DNA of 40,652 bases, taken from assembly GCA_032718475.1 (NCBI GenBank), contig JAUCBJ010005250.1:1-40652 (forward strand), in the 5' to 3' direction. Positions 20,601 through 33,600 of this stretch are shown here, one piece after another. The first letter of the stretch is position 1. Each line of letters begins with the position of its first letter. This DNA is from Nemertoderma westbladi (Eukaryota > Animalia > Xenacoelomorpha). The notes below the pieces were generated by a model. That model did no database searches and had not been told where the DNA came from. It saw nothing but the letters and a program-made list of their open reading frames with translations. Position numbers and translations under genes: made by a program.

Positions 20601-22192
20601 GACTACTAAGGGCAGCCCTACTACTACTACTACTAGGATCGGCATGCTGCATTGCAGCTGCATTTTTAAGAATGCTGTGCCGGCTTGTCAACAAAATTGC
20701 GCCGCCACAACTCCCTATCACCCATGACATTTGCTAGATCATCCGCATCTTCAAGGCCAGTGTCCTTTAAGATGCGTCTCAAGAAAGTCATGGGCTGTCC
20801 ACCATGCTTATTCACTCCATGAGGCTGCCAAAGTACAAGATTTTGCACTGGCTGGTCCTCACGGCGAAAGCAATGTCCTGCAAAGTGGAGGCGATTTTGT
20901 TCTAGTGTCAAGCTTGGGGGAACCAATGAGACACCTCCAATGTTATATAGTGTCTGGTTGGAGATGTGTGCAATGTACTTGACACAATGAACCCGGCGTA
21001 GCATTCTTGTGAATGTGTCATCCAGAGATTTGGTGTCCTCAGCAGTTAGAGCCCAGCATGGACTCCCATAGAGGAGTACTGGAACTACTGCTGCTCTAAA
21101 TAATCGGACCTTAAGTTTCCGATTAATTCTCGGTGACTTCCAAATCCTGGAAAGCCTATTCAAGGCTGCCCATGCCTTTCCCTTACGTATTCGAAGGTCC
21201 TCACCTGACATCCGGATCCATGATCCCAGGTAACAGAAGTCGTCCACATGCTCAAGCATACCATCCTTTGAGCTTATGCTGATCCGATCAGAGACTTGCT
21301 GAGGACTTTCAAAGTTAACTGTCAGAATTTTGGTCTTTCTGGAGTTAATAAAAAGACCAACACTAGAAGCAGCATGTTCTAATGAGCTGAGGAACCGTTG
21401 GGCTCCCTCTAAAGATTCTGAGAGTACTCCTAAGTCATCAGCAAAGTCTAGATCAGTTAGGTACTTGGCAGGATTTCCTCGACTTCTGGAGCCAGTAGGT
21501 GGAGTTATCATCACCCCATCATCATTATGATGATCTAAGGACATGCGTAGAACATAGTCAACCACAATAATGAACAAGAATGGTGCAAGTGTGTCTCCTT
21601 GGAGGACGCCCCATAACATTTCAAATGGTTCTGTGTCACCGTCAACAGTAGACACAAATGTTGTCGAACCATCGTATACTGATCTGATTGCTGCAATAAT
21701 TTCATCAGGAATCCCATATAATGAAAGTATGCTGAAACATACGTGAGCGAGAGGAGACTGAATCAAAGGCCTTGAAGAAGTCAACAAAGATAACAGCCAG
21801 ATGCCTGTCTTTCTTTTTTGATAATTCTTCAATTATCCTTCTAAGTGCCAAAATGGAGCAGCTATAGCCCTAAACATCAGCTGGAGACAACACATGACAA
21901 ACGCCGAGCTTTATGGTACAATACCACCTGTATCAACCACCCTCCGTGAACGCAGATTAAGATTCAGTGGTCACTGCTGGCGAAGTAAAGACGAGGTCAT
22001 ACCAGATCTACTTCTCTGACAACCAACTCATGGAAAGCGTAGTCGTGGACGACCTGCCATAACATATATAGATCAACTTGAAAGGGATACTGAACTTGGG
22101 AGAAACGAAATTGCGACAACTATGGAGAATCGGGAAGCCTGGAAGGGTCTAATGTCCACTGTCCGAGTTCGCTCGACCTAGTAAGTAGTAGT
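17615..22192 (+). mobile_element. Near full-length RTE-like non-LTR retrotransposon (family A; APE endonuclease + RT), disabled and interrupted by a nested LINE
   Basis: APE motifs (IATMNARTL, IQEHR, GDLNA, LDYIL, SDH), RT motifs (FVDFKKAFD, GVLQGD, FADD) and a C-terminal RGRP. Lesions: frameshift ~18130, TGA at 19630, 4-bp duplication ~19996, TGA ~22017. TAG-repeat tail; AACGGTTA occurs on both flanks. Confidence 0.93.
20621..21865 (-). mobile_element. 5'-truncated RTE-like LINE (family B) nested in family A copy
   Basis: RT motifs GVLQGD, LDFADD and YLGS; (TAG)n tail; TSD AGCCCTA at 20614-20620 and 21866-21872; frameshift near 21740. The empty site is visible in the sister copy at ~36330. 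Confidence 0.95.
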
Positions 22193-22272
22193 ACGGAACG
22201 GTTACGGTACGGTTACGGTACGGTTACGGAACGGTTACGGTACGGTAACGGTAACAGTAGCGGTAATGGAAA
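22193..22272. repeat. (ACGGT/ACGGTT/ACGGTA)n microsatellite, target of the family A insertion
   Basis: The same motif is present on the other flank at 17601-17614. Confidence 0.85.
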
Positions 22273-22779
22273 CGGGCCACTATTTCAACAGTTGTCTGAG
22301 ATAACTACCTTCAAAGTTCAAACCTTCCCGCGCAAAACTACATGTATGGGCCTATGGGGTCTGGTTGGTTAATAGTGTCTGACAGGAAGGAAGAACACCA
22401 CCGAGCTAAAATTATATTTACGGGGGTTTTCGGGGTCGCTGATTTAATTTCTTCTATACGTGGTAGAATGTAGTCTGTCTTAATGTTTTCTCAAGTTCCC
22501 TCTAACGATGGCGCAAAATACAAATATTTTTTTCCGGGTTTCTTTACCCATTTCTACCGAACTATATCCCATTATGCATTTTTTAAATTAATTTTAATAA
22601 AACAAAATTTTGCATTAACAGCTCAACTCCAATTTATTTAATAAATATCACCTGGCAGCAATACTCGAGCTGAATATTTAATTATTTGTACTTCCCTCCT
22701 GTTTCACTCTAGCATACTTGAGGCCGGTAGGTCCCTTAAAACTGCCCGTTCAATAGAAGTGTATTAGATGGGAGTGTGA

Positions 22780-22880
22780 GTGTCAAGGACTAGTGGCTGA
22801 ACTGGTTAGCGCTACTGATGAGGCCTGTTAGGCTGAAACGTACGTATAGCGCTGGTTCAACCCCCGGTGACGCGCTTTTT
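22780..22880 (+). ncRNA. Putative Pol III (tRNA-type promoter) transcript enclosing a hammerhead ribozyme
   Basis: A-box-like TGGCTGAACTGG (22794-22805), B-box-like GGTTCAACCCC (22854-22864), closing stem GTGTCA/TGACGC and TTTTT at 22876-22880. Confidence 0.6.
22808..22853 (+). ncRNA. Type I hammerhead ribozyme (minimal, palindromic helix III)
   Basis: Stem I AGCGCTA/TAGCGCT, core CTGATGA, stem II GGCCT-GTT-AGGCT, GAAA, helix III CGTACG, cleavage triplet GTA (cut after 22846). Confidence 0.88.
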
Positions 22881-22924
22881 CATTTTTTCCATTTCTGAAC
22901 AAAACCATAATATTACATCTCTAA

Positions 22925-24326
22925 TACTTTATATAACTATACCGTTTCTATTACTTTATATAACTATACCGTTTCTATTACTTTATATAACTATACCGTT
23001 TCTATTACTTTATATAACTATACCGTTTCTATTACTTTATATAACTAAACCGTTTCTATTACTTTATATAACTAAACCGTTTCTATTACTTTATATAACT
23101 ATACCGTTTCTATTACTTTATATAACTATACCGTTTCTATTACTTTATATAACTATACCGTTTCTATTACTTTATATAACTATACCGTTTCTATTACTTT
23201 ATATAACTATACCGTTTCTATTACTTTATATAACTATACCGTTTCTATTACTTTATATAACTATACCGTTTCTATTACTTTATATAACTATACCGTTTCT
23301 ATTACTTTATATAACTATACCGTTTCTATTACTTTATATAACTATACCGTTTCTATTACTTTATATAACTATACCGTTTCTATTACTTTATATAACTATA
23401 CCGTTTCTATTACTTTATATAACTATACCGTTTCTATTACTTTATATAACTATACCGTTTCTATTACTTTATATAACTATACCGTTTCTATTACTTTATA
23501 TAACTATACCGTTTCTATTACTTTATATAACTATACCGTTTCTATTACTTTATATAACTAAACCGTTTCTATTACTTTATATAACTAAACCGTTTCTATT
23601 ACTTTATATAACTATACCGTTTCTATTACTTTATATAACTATACCGTTTCTATTACTTTATATAACTATACCGTTTCTATTACTTTATATAACTATACCG
23701 TTTCTATTACTTTATATAACTATACCGTTTCTATTACTTTATATAACTATACCGTTTCTATTACTTTATATAACTATACCGTTTCTATTACTTTATATAA
23801 CTATACCGTTTCTATTACTTTATATAACTATACCGTTTCTATTACTTTATATAACTATACCGTTTCTATTACTTTATATAACTATACCGTTTCTATTACT
23901 TTATATAACTATACCGTTTCTATTACTTTATATAACTATACCGTTTCTATTACTTTATATAACTATACCGTTTCTATTACTTTATATAACTATACCGTTT
24001 CTATTACTTTATATAACTAAACCGTTTCTATTACTTTATATAACTAAACCGTTTCTATTACTTTATATAACTATACCGTTTCTATTACTTTATATAACTA
24101 TACCGTTTCTATTACTTTATATAACTATACCGTTTCTATTACTTTATATAACTATACCGTTTCTATTACTTTATATAACTATACCGTTTCTATTACTTTA
24201 TATAACTATACCGTTTCTATTACTTTATATAACTATACCGTTTCTATTACTTTATATAACTATACCGCTTCTATTACTTTATATAACTATACCGTTTCTA
24301 TTACTTTATATAACTATACCGTTTCT
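22925..24326. repeat. 27-bp AT-rich minisatellite, ~52 near-identical copies
   Basis: Unit ACTTTATATAACTATACCGTTTCTATT. Confidence 0.98.
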
Positions 24327-24332
24327 GCCAAC

Positions 24333-24549
24333 CTTTAGTGTATCATCCTGTACCAATAGAGGTCGACAGTAGACAGGAACCGGTACACCCAAGACTATCC
24401 GACCGGTTGGTTTACCAGCACGGTTGCTAGGCAGCGACCAACCATAGGCCTGCATTCTGCCGTCCGGTTCGCTGCGCCGCCTACCGGTTGAACCGCGCAT
24501 CGAGGACGCGGCAGATCTGCGTCGACGAATAGAATCCGAACCGCTGCGA
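24333..24549 (-). CDS. SPAG9: JIP3/JIP4 scaffold, internal exon
   Basis: TCTTTAG acceptor and GT donor, phase 2-0. [12 protein letters not shown]...[10 protein letters not shown] matches JIP4 DGRVQAFGWSLP...LPVPVYLRPL. Phases join both neighbouring exons. Confidence 0.93.
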
Positions 24550-24621
24550 CTAAAGATACAAAATTAATAAATTGTAACAAAATGGAATTCAGAAACTCAC
24601 AAAGTCACTAATATTATGACG

Positions 24622-27600
24622 GGGTTACTATAAATAGTGAATGATAGAGATAGAGAGAGATAGACTACTGGGTTACTATAAATAGTGAATGAGATAGATA
24701 GAGAGAGATCGACTACTGGGTTACTATAAATAGTGAATGAGATAGATAGAGAGAGATAGACTACTGGGTTACTATAAATAGTGAATGAGATAGATAGAGA
24801 GAGATAGACTACTGGGTTACTATAAATAGTGAATGAGATAGATAGAGAGAGATAGACTACTGGGTTACTATAAATAGTGAATGATAGAGATAGAGAGAGA
24901 TAGATTACTGGGTTACTATAAATAGTGAATGATAGAGATAGACTACTGGGTTACTATAAATAGTGAATGATAGAGATAGACTACTGGGTTACTATAAATA
25001 GTGAATGAGATAGATAGAGAGAGATAGACTACTGGGTTACTATAAATAGTGAATGATAGAGATAGACTACTGGGTTACTATAAATAGTGAATGATAGAGA
25101 TAGACTACAGGGTTACTATAAATAGTGAATGATAGAGATAGACTACTGGGTTACTATAAATAGTGAATGATAGAGATAGACTACAGGGTTACTATAAATA
25201 GTGAATGAGATAGATAGAGAGAGATAGACTACTGGGTTACTATAAATAGTGAATGATAGAGATAGACTACTGGGTTACTATAAATAGTGAATGATAGAGA
25301 TAGACTACTGGGTTACTATAAATAGTGAATGATAGAGATAGACTACTGGGTTACTATAAATAGTGAATGAGATAGATAGAGAGAGATAGACTACTGGGTT
25401 ACTATAAATAGTGAATGATAGAGATAGACTACTGGGTTACTATAAATAGTGAATGATAGAGATAGACTACAGGGTTACTATAAATAGTGAATGATAGAGA
25501 TAGACTACTGGGTTACTATAAATAGTGAATGATAGAGATAGACTACAGGGTTACTATAAATAGTGAATGAGATAGATAGAGAGAGATAGACTACTGGGTT
25601 ACTATAAATAGTGAATGATAGAGATAGACTACAGGGTTACTATAAATAGTGAATGATAGAGATAGACTACAGGGTTACTATAAATAGTGAATGATAGAGA
25701 TAGACTACTGGGTTACTATAAATAGTGAATGATAGAGATAGACTACAGGGTTACTATAAATAGTGAATGAGATAGATAGAGAGAGATAGACTACTGGGTT
25801 ACTATAAATAGTGAATGAGATAGATAGATAGAGATAGACTACAGGGTTACTATAAATAGTGAATGATAGAGATAGACTACTGGGTTACTATAAATAGTGA
25901 ATGATAGAGATAGACTACAGGGTTACTATAAATAGTGAATGATAGAGATAGACTACTGGGTTACTATAAATAGTGAATGAGATAGATAGATAGAGATAGA
26001 CTACTGGGTTACTATAAATAGTGAATGAGATAGATAGATAGAGATAGACTACTGGGTTACTATAAATAGTGAATGAGATAGATAGATAGAGATAGACTAC
26101 AGGGTTACTATAAATAGTGAATGAGATAGATAGATAGAGATAGACTACAGGGTTACTATAAATAGTGAATGATAGAGATAGACTACTGGGTTACTATAAA
26201 TAGTGAATGATAGAGATAGACTACAGGGTTACTATAAATAGTGAATGATAGAGATAGACTACTGGGTTACTATAAATAGTGAATGAGATAGATAGATAGA
26301 GATAGACTACTGGGTTACTATAAATAGTGAATGATAGAGATAGACTACAGGGTTACTATAAATAGTGAATGATAGAGATAGACTACAGGGTTACTATAAA
26401 TAGTGAATGATAGAGATAGACTACTGGGTTACTATAAATAGTGAATGATAGAGATAGACTACAGGGTTACTATAAATAGTGAATGAGATAGATAGAGAGA
26501 GATAGACTACTGGGTTACTATAAATAGTGAATGAGATAGATAGATAGAGATAGACTACAGGGTTACTATAAATAGTGAATGATAGAGATAGACTACTGGG
26601 TTACTATAAATAGTGAATGATAGAGATAGACTACTGGGTTACTATAAATAGTGAATGATAGAGATAGACTACAGGGTTACTATAAATAGTGAATGATAGA
26701 GATAGACTACTGGGTTACTATAAATAGTGAATGATAGAGATAGACTACAGGGTTACTATAAATAGTGAATGAGATAGATAGAGAGAGATAGACTACTGGG
26801 TTACTATAAATAGTGAATGAGATAGATAGATAGAGATAGACTACAGGGTTACTATAAATAGTGAATGATAGAGATAGACTACTGGGTTACTATAAATAGT
26901 GAATGATAGAGATAGACTACAGGGTTACTATAAATAGTGAATGATAGAGATAGACTACTGGGTTACTATAAATAGTGAATGAGATAGATAGATAGAGATA
27001 GACTACTGGGTTACTATAAATAGTGAATGAGATAGATAGATAGAGATAGACTACTGGGTTACTATAAATAGTGAATGAGATAGATAGATAGAGATAGACT
27101 ACAGGGTTACTATAAATAGTGAATGAGATAGATAGATAGAGATAGACTACAGGGTTACTATAAATAGTGAATGAGATAGATAGATAGAGATAGACTACTG
27201 GGTTACTATAAATAGTGAATGAGATAGATAGAGAGAGATAGACTACTGGGTTACTATAAATAGTGAATGAGATAGATAGAGAGAGATAGACTACTGGGTT
27301 ACTATAAATAGTGAATGATAGAGATAGACTACAGGGTTACTATAAATAGTGAATGAGATAGATAGAGAGAGATAGACTACTGGGTTACTATAAATAGTGA
27401 ATGAGATAGATAGATAGAGATAGACTACTGGGTTACTATAAATAGTGAATGAGATAGATAGAGAGAGATAGACTACTGGGTTACTATAAATAGTGAATGA
27501 GATAGATAGAGAGAGATAGACTACTGGGTTACTATAAATAGTGAATGATAGAGATAGACTACAGGGTTACTATAAATAGTGAATGAGATAGATAGAGAGA

Positions 27601-30600
27601 GATAGACTACTGGGTTACTATAAATAGTGAATGAGATAGATAGAGAGAGATAGACTACTGGGTTACTATAAATAGTGAATGATAGAGATAGACTACTGGG
27701 TTACTATAAATAGTGAATGATAGAGATAGACTACTGGGTTACTATAAATAGTGAATGAGATAGATAGAGAGAGATAGACTACTGGGTTACTATAAATAGT
27801 GAATGAGATAGATAGAGAGAGATAGACTACTGGGTTACTATAAATAGTGAATGAGATAGATAGAGAGAGATAGACTACTGGGTTACTATAAATAGTGAAT
27901 GAGATAGATAGAGAGAGATAGACTACTGGGTTACTATAAATAGTGAATGATAGAGATAGACTACAGGGTTACTATAAATAGTGAATGAGATAGATAGAGA
28001 GAGATAGACTACTGGGTTACTATAAATAGTGAATGATAGAGATAGACTACTGGGTTACTATAAATAGTGAATGATAGAGATAGACTACTGGGTTACTATA
28101 AATAGTGAATGAGATAGATAGAGAGAGATAGACTACTGGGTTACTATAAATAGTGAATGATAGAGATAGACTACAGGGTTACTATAAATAGTGAATGAGA
28201 TAGATAGAGAGAGATAGACTACTGGGTTACTATAAATAGTGAATGATAGAGATAGACTACTGGGTTACTATAAATAGTGAATGATAGAGATAGACTACTG
28301 GGTTACTATAAATAGTGAATGATAGAGATAGACTACAGGGTTACTATAAATAGTGAATGAGATAGATAGAGAGAGATAGACTACTGGGTTACTATAAATA
28401 GTGAATGAGATAGATAGAGAGAGATAGACTACTGGGTTACTATAAATAGTGAATGAGATAGATAGAGAGAGATAGACTACTGGGTTACTATAAATAGTGA
28501 ATGATAGAGATAGACTACAGGGTTACTATAAATAGTGAATGAGATAGATAGAGAGAGATAGACTACTGGGTTACTATAAATAGTGAATGATAGAGATAGA
28601 CTACTGGGTTACTATAAATAGTGAATGATAGAGATAGACTACTGGGTTACTATAAATAGTGAATGAGATAGATAGAGAGAGATAGACTACTGGGTTACTA
28701 TAAATAGTGAATGAGATAGATAGAGAGAGATAGACTACTGGGTTACTATAAATAGTGAATGATAGAGATAGACTACTGGGTTACTATAAATAGTGAATGA
28801 TAGAGATAGACTACTGGGTTACTATAAATAGTGAATGAGATAGATAGAGAGAGATAGACTACTGGGTTACTATAAATAGTGAATGAGATAGATAGAGAGA
28901 GATAGACTACTGGGTTACTATAAATAGTGAATGAGATAGATAGAGAGAGATAGACTACTGGGTTACTATAAATAGTGAATGAGATAGATAGAGAGAGATA
29001 GACTACTGGGTTACTATAAATAGTGAATGATAGAGATAGACTACTGGGTTACTATAAATAGTGAATGATAGAGATAGACTACTGGGTTACTATAAATAGT
29101 GAATGATAGAGATAGACTACAGGGTTACTATAAATAGTGAATGAGATAGATAGAGAGAGATAGACTACTGGGTTACTATAAATAGTGAATGAGATAGATA
29201 GAGAGAGATAGACTACTGGGTTACTATAAATAGTGAATGAGATAGATAGAGAGAGATAGACTACTGGGTTACTATAAATAGTGAATGATAGAGATAGACT
29301 ACTGGGTTACTATAAATAGTGAATGAGATAGATAGAGAGAGATAGACTACTGGGTTACTATAAATAGTGAATGATAGAGATAGACTACTGGGTTACTATA
29401 AATAGTGAATGATAGAGATAGACTACTGGGTTACTATAAATAGTGAATGAGATAGATAGAGAGAGATAGACTACTGGGTTACTATAAATAGTGAATGATA
29501 GAGATAGACTACTGGGTTACTATAAATAGTGAATGATAGAGATAGACTACTGGGTTACTATAAATAGTGAATGAGATAGATAGAGAGAGATAGACTACTG
29601 GGTTACTATAAATAGTGAATGAGATAGATAGAGAGAGATAGACTACTGGGTTACTATAAATAGTGAATGATAGAGATAGACTACTGGGTTACTATAAATA
29701 GTGAATGATAGAGATAGACTACTGGGTTACTATAAATAGTGAATGAGATAGATAGAGAGAGATAGACTACTGGGTTACTATAAATAGTGAATGAGATAGA
29801 TAGAGAGAGATAGACTACTGGGTTACTATAAATAGTGAATGAGATAGATAGAGAGAGATAGACTACTGGGTTACTATAAATAGTGAATGAGATAGATAGA
29901 GAGAGATAGACTACTGGGTTACTATAAATAGTGAATGATAGAGATAGACTACTGGGTTACTATAAATAGTGAATGATAGAGATAGACTACTGGGTTACTA
30001 TAAATAGTGAATGATAGAGATAGACTACTGGGTTACTATAAATAGTGAATGAGATAGATAGAGAGAGATAGACTACTGGGTTACTATAAATAGTGAATGA
30101 GATAGATAGAGAGAGATAGACTACTGGGTTACTATAAATAGTGAATGAGATAGATAGAGAGAGATAGACTACTGGGTTACTATAAATAGTGAATGATAGA
30201 GATAGACTACAGGGTTACTATAAATAGTGAATGAGATAGATAGAGAGAGATAGACTACTGGGTTACTATAAATAGTGAATGATAGAGATAGACTACTGGG
30301 TTACTATAAATAGTGAATGATAGAGATAGACTACTGGGTTACTATAAATAGTGAATGAGATAGATAGAGAGAGATAGACTACTGGGTTACTATAAATAGT
30401 GAATGAGTATGAGATAGACTACTGGGTTACTATAAATAGTGAATGATAGAGATAGACTACTGGGTTACTATAAATAGTGAATGAGATAGATAGAGAGAGA
30501 TAGACTACTGGGTTACTATAAATAGTGAATGAGATAGATAGAGAGAGATAGACTACTGGGTTACTATAAATAGTGAATGATAGAGATAGACTACTGGGTT

Positions 30601-33600
30601 ACTATAAATAGTGAATGATAGAGATAGACTACTGGGTTACTATAAATAGTGAATGAGATAGATAGAGAGAGATAGACTACTGGGTTACTATAAATAGTGA
30701 ATGAGATAGATAGAGAGAGATAGACTACTGGGTTACTATAAATAGTGAATGAGATAGATAGAGAGAGATAGACTACTGGGTTACTATAAATAGTGAATGA
30801 GATAGATAGAGAGAGATAGACTACTGGGTTACTATAAATAGTGAATGATAGAGATAGACTACTGGGTTACTATAAATAGTGAATGATAGAGATAGACTAC
30901 TGGGTTACTATAAATAGTGAATGATAGAGATAGACTACAGGGTTACTATAAATAGTGAATGAGATAGATAGAGAGAGATAGACTACTGGGTTACTATAAA
31001 TAGTGAATGAGATAGATAGAGAGAGATAGACTACTGGGTTACTATAAATAGTGAATGAGATAGATAGAGAGAGATAGACTACTGGGTTACTATAAATAGT
31101 GAATGATAGAGATAGACTACAGGGTTACTATAAATAGTGAATGAGATAGATAGAGAGAGATAGACTACTGGGTTACTATAAATAGTGAATGATAGAGATA
31201 GACTACTGGGTTACTATAAATAGTGAATGATAGAGATAGACTACTGGGTTACTATAAATAGTGAATGAGATAGATAGAGAGAGATAGACTACTGGGTTAC
31301 TATAAATAGTGAATGAGATAGATAGAGAGAGATAGACTACTGGGTTACTATAAATAGTGAATGAGATAGATAGAGAGAGATAGACTACTGGGTTACTATA
31401 AATAGTGAATGAGATAGATAGAGAGAGATAGACTACTGGGTTACTATAAATAGTGAATGATAGAGATAGACTACTGGGTTACTATAAATAGTGAATGATA
31501 GAGATAGACTACTGGGTTACTATAAATAGTGAATGATAGAGATAGACTACAGGGTTACTATAAATAGTGAATGAGATAGATAGAGAGAGATAGACTACTG
31601 GGTTACTATAAATAGTGAATGAGATAGATAGAGAGAGATAGACTACTGGGTTACTATAAATAGTGAATGAGATAGATAGAGAGAGATAGACTACTGGGTT
31701 ACTATAAATAGTGAATGATAGAGATAGACTACAGGGTTACTATAAATAGTGAATGAGATAGATAGAGAGAGATAGACTACTGGGTTACTATAAATAGTGA
31801 ATGATAGAGATAGACTACTGGGTTACTATAAATAGTGAATGATAGAGATAGACTACTGGGTTACTATAAATAGTGAATGAGATAGATAGAGAGAGATAGA
31901 CTACTGGGTTACTATAAATAGTGAATGAGATAGATAGAGAGAGATAGACTACTGGGTTACTATAAATAGTGAATGAGATAGATAGAGAGAGATAGACTAC
32001 TGGGTTACTATAAATAGTGAATGAGATAGATAGAGAGAGATAGACTACTGGGTTACTATAAATAGTGAATGAGATAGATAGAGAGAGATAGACTACTGGG
32101 TTACTATAAATAGTGAATGATAGAGATAGACTACAGGGTTACTATAAATAGTGAATGAGATAGATAGAGAGAGAGATAGACTACTGGGTTACTATAAATA
32201 GTGAATGATAGAGATAGACTACTGGGTTACTATAAATAGTGAATGATAGAGATAGACTACTGGGTTACTATAAATAGTGAATGAGATAGATAGAGAGAGA
32301 TAGACTACTGGGTTACTATAAATAGTGAATGAGATAGATAGAGAGAGATATACTACTGGGTTACTATAAATAGTGAATGAGATAGATAGAGAGAGATAGA
32401 CTACTGGGTTACTATAAATAGTGAATGAGATAGATAGAGAGAGATAGACTACTGGGTTACTATAAATAGTGAATGAGATAGATAGAGAGAGATAGACTAC
32501 TGGGTTACTATAAATAGTGAATGATAGAGATAGACTACTGGGTTACTATAAATAGTGAATGATAGAGATAGACTACTGGGTTACTATAAATAGTGAATGA
32601 TAGAGATAGACTACTGGGTTACTATAAATAGTGAATGATAGAGATAGACTACTGGGTTACTATAAATAGTGAATGAGATAGATAGAGAGAGATAGACTAC
32701 TGGGTTACTATAAATAGTGAATGAGATAGATAGAGAGAGATAGACTACTGGGTTACTATAAATAGTGAATGAGATAGATAGAGAGAGATAGACTACTGGG
32801 TTACTATAAATAGTGAATGAGATAGATAGAGAGAGATAGACTACTGGATTACTATAAATAGTGAATGATAGAGATAGACTACTGGGTTACTATAAATAGT
32901 GAATGATAGAGATAGACTACTGGGTTACTATAAATAGTGAATGATAGAGATAGACTACTGGGTTACTATAAATAGTGAATGATAGAGATAGACTACTGGG
33001 TTACTATAAATAGTGAATGAGATAGATAGAAAGAGATAGACTACTGGGTTACTATAAATAGTGAACGAGATAGATAGACTACTGGATTACTATAAATAGT
33101 GAATGATAGAGATAGACTACTGGGTTACTATAAATAGTGAATGATAGAGATAGACTACTGGGTTACTATAAATAGTGAATGATAGAGATAGACTACTGGG
33201 TTACTATAAATAGTGAATGATAGAGATAGACTACAGGGTTACTATAAATAGTGAATGATAGAGATAGATAGAGATATACTACTGGGTTACTATAAATAGT
33301 GAATGAGATAGATAGATAGAGATAGACTACTGGGTTACTATAAATAGTGAATGATAGAGATAGACTACTGGGTTACTATAAATAGTGAATGATAGAGATA
33401 GACTACAGGGTTACTATAAATAGTGAATGATAGAGCTAGATAGAGATATATTACTCGGTTACTATAAATAGTGAATGAGATAGATAGATAGAGATAGACT
33501 ACTGGGTTACTATAAATAGTGAATGATAGAGATAGACTACTGGGTTACTATAAATAGTGAATGATAGAGATAGACTACTGGGTTACTATAAATAGTCAAT

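Noticed and set aside
22867-24372. 501-aa hydrophobic ORF
   Set aside because: Translation of the 27-bp array.
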